The notes beneath the pieces were generated by a model, which had not been told where the DNA came from, searched no databases, and saw only the letters and a program-made list of their open reading frames with translations. DNA of 64,000 nucleotides from Octopus vulgaris (taxonomy: Eukaryota): positions 372,001 to 436,000 of the forward strand of contig OX597834.1 of NCBI GenBank assembly GCA_951406725.2, given 5' to 3'. This document shows positions 54,186-64,000 of the stretch, piece after piece (the first letter of the stretch is position 1; every line of letters begins with the position of its first letter). Made by a program: the position numbers and the translations under genes.

Positions 54186-54327
54186 GACCTTCAAACATTG
54201 GATCTCTCCAAGGCAATGACAAGTGAGCGAGACCATTTGAGATATGCTGTGCGTGAAAAGACCAGGCAAACCTAGTAAAACCGTAATGGTGGCCTATGCC
54301 ACTGCTGCATATGTATGTATATGCATA

Positions 54328-54361
<34 letters not shown>

Positions 54362-54514
54362 CATATAGAAAAACATAGAGTTTTGAGTGGTGAATGTATA
54401 TTTATTTAAGCCTGTGTCTTCCATAGGTTTTGTCTGTTCCACATGCACTAATTTTCAGTGTGCAATAAATCATATGTACATGTTTGCATGGCTATTTATG
54501 CTCAGCATTATGCA

Positions 54515-54955
54515 ATCATCATCATTGTTTAACGTCCTCCTTCCATGCTGGTATGGGTGGGACGGAATGACAGGAACCGGCCAGGCAGAAGCTTGCATCA
54601 GACTTCTGTGACTGTTATGGCAGGATTTTTACAACTGGATGCCCTTCCTAACACCAACCACCCAGCAGAGTGGACTTAGTGCTTTTTACATGGCACAAAC
54701 ACAGGCGAGGTCAGTTTTGGCAAGCTTATTACAGCTGGATGCCATTCCAAACACCAAACACTTTTCAATGTGGAAATGGATGCTTTTTTAAGTGGCACCT
54801 GTACTGACAGGGCCACCAAGTAACTTGCAAAACTAAAATCTTTTGAGAGGGGAGTGGGGCACTGGAGGAGGTGATCTTGTGTTAGATGATGAAAGGGTAT
54901 AGTGAGACAGAAACAGGTGTCTGGCTGCAGAGGAGGTACAAGGTTACCTAGCCAG
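54515..54955 (-). mobile_element. RTE 3' UTR fragment
   Basis: Homologous to 36740-37210. Confidence 0.82.
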
Positions 54956-54956
54956 G

Positions 54957-55027
<71 letters not shown>

Positions 55028-55028
55028 T

Positions 55029-55472
<444 letters not shown>

Positions 55473-55477
55473 GCATG

Positions 55478-55511
<34 letters not shown>

Positions 55512-56079
55512 TCAATATCTATAAATCTGAAATGCGAAAAGTTTGTTTGTCAGGTTTTGGTATTGGAACGGGTTAAAGGGCACTAGATCCCGTCGGATTG
55601 ACTCCAAAATTTACAGGGACATGTAAAATGAGGTGAGGATGTCAGTGGGCTAGGTTAGAAATCCCTATCTTAAAAGGTGTGGTTACTAGGGCAAAAAGCG
55701 CACACTTTGACAAGCCTCCTCTCATTCTCTTATCTGCATGTCTTCCTCCGACTCTCTCTGTTTCATCCCTTCCTTTCACTTTCTCTCTATACGAACATTT
55801 GACAGATATTACTATCTTTCCCCGCCACCTTCGCCAGTGCTGTCACTCTTTCCCTCACCGCCTCCCTCTCCCCTCTCTCCCACTCTCTACGTCTGTCTGC
55901 ATTCATAGAGAGTTTTATTATCGCCACCACCACACAATCATGAGAACAAATATGAATCAGATATTTATTGGGTTAATTTTTATATATGTGTGTGTGTGTT
56001 CTAAATATAAATATGTATATATAATGTATATATACAAAGTGTATATATCTGTATTTATATATATGTGTATATATATGTA

Positions 56080-56125
<46 letters not shown>

Positions 56126-57277
56126 GTATACATTTGTATATATAATGCGTACACACACACACAAACACACACATACATATATATATAATGCATATATATG
56201 TACATATATATATTTAATGGGTATATATATATATACATATATATATATATTATGTGTGCATTATGTGGTCGGTTGAGCTGAAAATATGCACACCTATGTT
56301 AAAAATGCTGGCAAGTTTGCATGGCAACTATTTTTTTCCTCAAATGAAAGGCATGACCTCTAGGACAAAATTCCTCATCTTATAAAATGTGACCTGAGTA
56401 GACCCGAATGAAATCGGGTTATATTAACCAAAATGTGAAAAGGGGTCTAAATGGAGCTGGAAGGGGATTAAAATTTACAGGAGCGGGTGTTTAGGAATTT
56501 TCTTTTACATCAAGTTCAAAATTTTATGCCAGCTGTTAAACTGCCACTACGTTGCTGTCCATCGTTAAAAAATGCCAGCCATGGTGACTCTACTATCCTC
56601 AGATTCTATCCCTTCAAACTTTGATTTCCTATATTTTTTTATTTTTATTCAGCTCGCAAGTTTGCCTGTCCCTTTTAAATGTTAGTGTTTTATTGTCTGC
56701 CTTGAAGCAGACCTTTCCGTTGTCACTGCCTGATATTTATGATTGATCTTTCAAAATATTTTCTTTCTCAACTTACTCAAGATCTTTTAGAAATATTAAA
56801 TTTCTAAATGTCTAAAAGAGACATGAGCGGTGGTGGAGCGATAGAGTGGTTGTATACTGTCAACATAATGTGACAGTCCCGTAAGGGAATTACACCACCG
56901 CTGTTTAGCCCTAGGAAGCATTGACGCTTTGCAAATATAAGGACACAGGATATGTGTCAAAGCCAACAGGAAACGTCGGTGCTTCCTAGGGCTAAACAGC
57001 GGTGGTGTGATTCCCTTACGGGACTGTCACGTTATGTTGACAGTATACAACCACTCAAGATCTTTTGATGTTTATAAATGGGAGATAGATAGATAGAAAA
57101 AGATAGAGAGAAAGCAAGGGAGAGTCTGAGAGAAAGGAAGAGTAAGAGAGTGGGAAAGTGAGAGAGAAAGGAGAGAGAAACTAAGAGGGAGAATGTGGTG
57201 ATAAAAAACAGAAAGGAGGCAACAGAAAGTAACAACCACACTCTTACCCGCGTGTAGAATGGGTCACCTTAGGCTAG
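55512..57277 (+). mobile_element. Non-autonomous Helitron (about 1.77 kb) carrying microsatellites and a nested MITE
   Basis: 5' A|TCAATATCTATAAAT...AAAGTTTGTTTGTC; 3' hairpin ACCCG...TGGGT then CTAG|T at 57274-57278. Confidence 0.7.
56844..57056. mobile_element. 213-bp MITE with ~85-bp TIRs and GAG...CTC termini
   Basis: GAGTGGTTGTATACTGTCAACATAA ... TTATGTTGACAGTATACAACCACTC. Confidence 0.88.
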
Positions 57278-57336
57278 TATATATATATATACATACATAT
57301 ATTTATATGTATTTATATATATATGTATTTATATAT

Positions 57337-58857
57337 AGTCCTCAGCCCCCTCCTATCTATCATAGTCCTCCAGGCAATAATGGAGGAATTCAAGACAGGA
57401 TGCCCCTGGGAGCTCCTCTATGCTGACGACATTGCTCTAATTGCTGAGTCACTATCGGAACTCGAGGAGAAGTTTCAGGTGTGGAAGCAAGGATTAGAAT
57501 CGAAGGGCCTTAGAGTCAATCTAGCTAAAACCAAAGTCCTAATAAGTAGGAAGGTAGACAAATCACAAACACCTTCAGGTAGGTGGCCCTGCTCGATCTG
57601 TAGAAAAGGTGTAGGTAGAAACTCTATAAGATGCACCAAGTGTAAGCTATGGACACATAAGAGGTGCAGCAATGTCAAAGGAAGGCTAACTAGGAAGATA
57701 GTTTTTGTTTGTGGCAGATGCTCAGGAGCAATAAACACTGAAAATGCTCTGAGACCAACTTCTGCCACATTCCAGGGAGAAAAACTAGAAATAGTTGATA
57801 GCTTCCGTTACCTAGGTCACCAAGTCAGTAGCAGGAGGCGGGTGTGCTGAAAGTGTAACTGCTTGAGTAAGAATAGCCTGGGCAAAGTTCAGAGAGCTCT
57901 TACCTCTGCTGGTGACAAAAGGCCTCTTGCTCAAAGTAAAAGGCAGACTGTATGACGCATGTGTGCGAACAGCCATGCTACATGGCAGCTGGGCCGTGAC
58001 TGCTGAGGACATGCGTAAGCTTGCAAGAAATGAAGCCAGTATGCTCCGTTGGATGTGTAATGTCAGTGTGCATACTCGACAGTGTGTAAGTGCCTTGAGA
58101 GAAAAGTTGGACCTAAGAAGCATCAGATGTGGTGTGCAAGAGAGACGTCTACGCTGGTATGGACACGTGGTAAGAATGGATGAAGATAGTTGTGTGAAAA
58201 GTGCCACACCCTGGCGGTTGAGGGAACCTGTGGAAGAGGCAGACCCAGGAAAACCTGAGACGAGGTGGTGAAGAACGACCTTCGCTCTTTAGGTCTCACC
58301 GAGGCAATGACCAGAGACCGAGACCTTTGGAAGTATGCTGTGCGTGAGAGGACCCGGCTGGACAAGTGAGGCCATAACACATGGCCCCTACCTGGGACGT
58401 AGTCAGCCCACCTATGCATACCTTCCTTCTTGGGACACATAACTCTAGTTGTGAAGACCTGTTGAGGCAAGTGAAAATGGACAAAATGGACAAAATCAAA
58501 AGCAAACTCGATGAACATTAATGGAATTTGTAGTTTTGTGGTACCAGTGCCGGTGGCACATACGAAAACCATCCGAACGTGGCTGTAGCCAGTACCGCAT
58601 TGACTGGCCTCCGTGCCGGTGGCACGTAAAAAGACCATCCGAGTGTGGCCATTTGCCAGCCTCGTCTGGCACCTGTGTCGGTGGCACATAAAATCACCCA
58701 CTACACTCTCGGAGTGGTTGGCGTTAGGAAGGGCATCCAGCTGTAGAAACACTGCCAGATCTGACTGGCCTGGTGCAGCCTTCGGGCTTCCCAGACACCA
58801 GTTGAACCGTCCAACCCATGCTAGCATGGAAAGTGGACGTTAAACGATGATGATGAT
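57337..58857 (+). mobile_element. RTE LINE, 5'-truncated, with (GAT)n tail
   Basis: VLSPLL, LLYADDIAL, FRYLG, RTAMLHGS and RRLRWYGHV motifs; complete 3' UTR. Confidence 0.95.
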
Positions 58858-58882
58858 ATATATGTATTTATATATATATATA

Positions 58883-58918
<36 letters not shown>

Positions 58919-60739
58919 GGAAGAGAGAGAGAGAGAGAGAGTTAAGGAATGAGGACAGAAACAGGTGTGCTGCCACAAAGGAGATACATGGTTACCCAAC
59001 CTGAGGGAAGCATAGGAGAAGGAGAGTGGGAGTGGGAGATAGCAGGATAGAGATGGTGGCAAAGTGTTGGGTATTGGAATATAAATGGGATGGTTGAGTA
59101 AAGGCAGAGAGAGATATAGATGTTGGCGAGACGCAGGTCATAGCCTCAAGGTTCAAAGGTCATAATATCAGTGTCAGGATATTGTGAAGGAAGTGTGATT
59201 AGAACGTGGGGAGGGTGAGTGGTGAAAACCTGGGTTTATAGAGTGGGGTGGGTGGATCCAGATATCAATGATACAGAGGAAGAGGACCATGAGGACACGG
59301 TTGGGGAGTGAGGGGTAGGCATAGCGCATGAAGGAAGAAAGGTGAAGAAGAGAAGCAATGTAGAAACATAGTTTGGTTTGTTGCGGTAGGGTGAGGCACA
59401 CAACACTTCTAGAACTCAGTTTGGCTGACGTGGGTGGGTCTTCTCAATAGAACTGTAAATTCACAAATTAATGCAAATACAGAAAGCTAGCTCATCAGAT
59501 CACTGGAACATCAAGTTTACTTCCACAGTTCAACTCTAAGTACAAAATTCATTCTTTATAATGTAAGGAAGTTCAAAGTTGAGTCAAATTGCATTGATTT
59601 GGTCACTAAAAGATGAACACCCTAGTCAAGAGATATTGTGTTGCTATTACTATCGAAAAGATTTACCTCACATGCAAACAGCCTCATATCAAATCAAGTT
59701 AAAATGCTAGAGAGTAATTGAGGAGTTAACCATCTTTAATTTAAACAAGATAACAAGAAGAAAAAGTAAATAAGAGATAATAATAATAAATAAAATATAA
59801 TAACATAAAATATATAAAAATACAAGCAAATAATTTTGTCCAGTCAGCTTATATTTTTTATGTATTTTATTTTATCTGTTATCTTATCTTTACTTAGTTC
59901 TTGTATTTTTCTTCTTGTCTCCTCACAGAATAATTTTGTTGCTTGGATTTTCTGGATTTTCAGTTATATGGATACTTGACATTACACTACTTCGTAATGG
60001 ATTACTATGTGGGCTGATAGCCAAGTCCATAAGAGGAGCTTACTGTGACAGTCACATGAGTCTCTGAATCTATATCATTTAAATTTATACACATATATGT
60101 GTGTGTGTATGTTTGTACATATGCATATATATGTAAATATGCATTCATTAATGTGTGTGAGTGTGTGTGTGTGTGTGTGTGTGTAATGAATTTTTACAGT
60201 TTCCATTCAGTAAATTCCACAGAAGAAGACAGTTGCCCAAAGGATGCATCGTGGAATTGAACCAGTGACCATGAAGTTGCAGATTGAAGGAAATTTCTGA
60301 ACCACATGACTCCTCTGCTTGTACCTATGAACAATTTAATCCCTTGTCTTCAGCAATTCTAATCCCATTGCCGCATTTGTAGAGATTGTCTTTGTATGAC
60401 AACTTCCACTTTCAACCAATCTGAATTGATTTTCTTGTCATTTGTTTTGAAAATAAAGAAATGGAGAATTTCACATCAAACAAAATAGAAAATAGAAATA
60501 AAAAAAAATGAAGAAAAATGAATTGGAGTAAAAATTGACACTAAATTAATTAAAGAAAAACAAACAAGGAAAACCATTTCTTTAGCAGCAATTATTGATT
60601 CTTAGTTTTAAATTTATGATTTGTTCTTTGTTGAGATTTCATTCTTATTCAACAATTGGCAGTCAGTAATTACAGAGTCAAAAATAAATATTTGCTTGAG
60701 CCAATACTGTATCACTTGTTACTGCCTTTTCGTCTCGAT

Positions 60740-61250
60740 CTAACCTAGTCTATATGTACTTCTGTTGAGATATAACAGTGTTTCTGTCTAGATATCACTG
60801 TGTCTAGGTATAAGTGCATCTAAGATATAACTGTTTGTGTTCTGATGTAATTGTGTCTACATATACGTGTACTATGAGTACAGACTGAATAATTTGGTGA
60901 AGAAGTTTACTTCAATTTGCTACCTCATAGCTGTTTGTGCTGGCATACAAGTGTGTCAAAATATAACAGTGTTTATGTCTAGACACATCTCTAGATATAA
61001 CTGTGTTTATTTCTGTAAATAGCTGTGTCTCAAGATATGACTGTGATTGTGACTAGATATAGCTATGTAGATGCCAGCGTAGAACAGTGTTTTTATAAAT
61101 AAGCTATGTATATGTCTAGATATAACTGTGTATATGTCCATAAATAGCTGTGTTTGGTTCAAGATACACCTGTCTAGGTATGATTCTACATATAAATTTG
61201 TCTTTGTTTATATTTAACTTTCTTTGCATCAGATATAATTGTGTATGGAG
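60740..61250. repeat. Degenerate ~22-bp tandem array
   Basis: Recurrent GTCTAGATATAACTGTGT-like unit. Confidence 0.7.
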
Positions 61251-62370
61251 TGATGTGCAATGATATTTTTCTAGTTTTATAATGTTGTTCTGGAAATTTC
61301 ATGAATTAACAATTGTTTAAAAATGATAAGCTTATTTTATACAGGGGAACTGCAACTGCTCCAATAATGGTAACATATGTCAATACATATCAAAACTATT
61401 TGTATGTATACCATATCTTATACACCAAAATAATCTGTATGTATATTAAATTACATCTTAAATAAAAAAATATCTCTGAGTAGATCCAACTGCCACCACC
61501 ATATCTGTCACAGGTAATGTTTGTGTGTTTATATAAGTAAAAAAAAAAATACAACTCTTCAATGGTTCACAAATAAATTTGATTGTGTTTTAGAAAAAGG
61601 TCCAAGGTTTACAGGAAGCATGTCAATGGTCCACTTGTGGGTTGTGATCCATCTATTGCTGACCCTTGTTCTAGCTGATCCTTTTAAGGGCAGTTATGAC
61701 AAATTAATGGCATGGACAAGGGTCAATAAGAATCCAGAAGGAATTCATAAATGGAGACATAAGGATTTCAGTTTTCATTCTTCAGATATTAAATGTTGTG
61801 GTGCAGCATCCCTGATACTCTGCCAGATGCATTGTGCAAATTTATAATTCTATATTGTCTCATGTATGTGTATACACGCACACACACACACACATACACC
61901 CACACTCATGCACTTAGAGTTCTTAGTTCTCTGATGATAAACACAGATGTTCAATCATATCAATCGATTTTTTAGAGAGTTTATGGGATTCACTGACCAG
62001 TCTTTATATTTATTTATATCTGGTGGGATTTGGCAGAGGAGGAGGAGAAAAATTTGGTGTTGGGCATTGTTAATTCCTTACAAAGGAAAGAAGGTGAGGA
62101 TGAGAGAGAGAGAGAGGCAGAGAGAGAGGGAAAGAGAAATTCAGGAAGGGAGTAATGAGATTTTCTAAAGAACTGTGTGGATCAAAAATCTAATTATCAA
62201 TAAAGAAGCTATTTTGTAAAAGCGACATAATTCTTTATATATTGCCAAAAGGACTGGACATATACGGCTACTACTACTACTACTACTATTACTACTACTA
62301 CTACTATGGAAATCGAATTTAGATATCATAAAAATCTTCAATCTGTGTGTGTGCATATATATATATATAT

Positions 62371-64000
62371 GATGGTGGAACAATGTAGTTGACAGGGTCA
62401 TTAGGGAAAAGAAACAGGCTTGGAAGGACTGAAAGAATGGTGGTAGCAGGGAATTGTATCAGACTGCCAGAAGGGAAGCTAGAAGACAGGTTTATTTAGC
62501 CAGAGGGGAAGCAGATAAGGAAAAATTTGCCAATGTTCTGCGTCGTGATGACCAAAGACTTGAGGTATTTTGTGTTGCAAGACAGTGTGTGAGAGAGAAT
62601 CCTGATGTGGTAGGAGAGAAATGTGTCCACATGGATGATGGCTCACTTGCATTTAATGAGGCTGAAAAGAGAGAGACTTGGAGAAGCCACTATGAAAGGT
62701 TGCGAAATGAAGAGAATGAATGGGAGAAAGAGAGTCTGTACAATGTCAACCCAACAGAAGGACCAGCTATCCGAGTTGACAGTACCTTGGTAGATAAAGC
62801 AATTAAGAGTATGAAGACAAGGAAAGCCCCAGGTCCATCAGGAATTACTGCAGGGATGCTTAAAATATCTGGTAGTGTCGGCTATAGCCTAGTCACCTGT
62901 ATAGTTAAGCAGGTGATACACAAAGGAGTCATACCCAATGATTGGTGTAGCAGCATAATAGTCAACTGCTACAAAGGTAAAGGTGACGCTTTAGATACAA
63001 ATAATTACAGAGGTATCAAGCTGTTGGATCAGGTAATGAAGGTCACGTAGAGGGTCATAGCACAACTAATTAGGGAGAGAGTCAGCTTGGATGAGATGCA
63101 GTTTGGTTTCGTGCCAGGGAAAAGCACCACTGATGCCATATTTCTGGTAAGACAGCTGCAGGAGAAATACCTAGCCAAAGATAAACCTCTGTACCTGGCT
63201 TTCGTTGACATGGAGAAAGCCTTTGACAGGGTCCCATGATCCCTTATCTGGCGGTTAATGAGGAAAGTAGGAATAAACGAATGGTTAGTGAGAGCTGTGC
63301 AAGCTATGTACAGGGACACTGTCAGTAAGATGAGGGTTAGCAATGAGTACAGTGAAGAATTCCAGGTAGAGGTAGGGGCCCACCAAGGTTCAGTCCTCAG
63401 CCCCCTCTTATTTATCATAGTCCTCCAGGCAATAACAGAGGAATTCAAGACAGGATGCTCCTGGGAGCTCCTCTGCGTTGACAATCTTGCTCTAATTGCT
63501 GAATCACTATCAGAACTGGAGGAGAAGTTTCAGGTGTGGAAGCAAGGATTAGAATCGAAGGGCCTTAGAGTCAATCTAGCTAAAACCAAAGTCCTAATAA
63601 GTAGGAAGGAAGGCAAAACAGAAATCCCTTCAGGTCGATGGCCCTGCTCGATCTGTAGAAAAGGCGTAGGTAGAAACTCTATAAGATGTACCCAGTGTAA
63701 GCTATGGACACATAAGGGGTGCAGCAATATCAAAGGAAGGCTAACTGGGAAGATAGTTTTTGTATGTGGCAGATGCTCAGGAGAAATAAACACTGAAAGT
63801 GCGCAGAGAACAACTTCCGCCACATTCCAAGGAGAAAAACTAGAAGTAGTTGATAGCTTCTGTTACCTAGGTGACCAAGTCAGTAGCGGGGGAGGGTGCG
63901 CTGAAAGTGTAGCTGCTAGAATAAGAGTAGTCTGGACAAAATTCAGAGAGCTCTTACCTCTGCTGGTGACAAAAGGCCCCTTGCTCAGAGTAAAAGGTAG
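62371..64000 (+). mobile_element. RTE LINE ORF (tether + RT) running off the window end, with in-frame stops
   Basis: KAPGPSGI, YKGKGDALD.NNYRGIKLL, QFGFVPGKSTTDAIF, AFVDMEKAFDRVP* and HQGSVLSPLLF; YADD is mutated to CVDN. Confidence 0.95.

Noticed and set aside
56940-56985. GAAACGTC plus a nearby GACAC/GTGTC hairpin in the MITE as a hammerhead
   Set aside because: No CTGANGA and no stem II immediately before GAAA.

Overview
AT-rich, microsatellite-dense animal DNA made up almost entirely of decayed transposable elements. The repeat families look like those of an octopus (coleoid cephalopod) genome; this is recognition from memory, not a database result. No intact host protein-coding gene is supportable, and most ORFs in the track are microsatellite artefacts, so the window is probably intronic or intergenic. 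It contains five RTE-clade LINE copies, one Neptune-type Penelope-like element (RT + GIY-YIG), a Chapaev3-like remnant, several Tc1/mariner remnants, two non-autonomous Helitrons, MITEs and several tRNA-derived SINE families. The most notable signal is a set of minimal type I hammerhead ribozyme motifs of Penelope type from about five unrelated sequence families. Three loci (23031-23254, 33673-34048, 34524-34705) and possibly a fourth (21474-21841) are divergent inverted pairs. One hammerhead is fused downstream of a tRNA-like Pol III head. The RTE reverse transcriptases also carry a C4HC3 PHD-type finger inserted inside the RT domain. All structures were read by eye; element boundaries are approximate unless exact termini are quoted.
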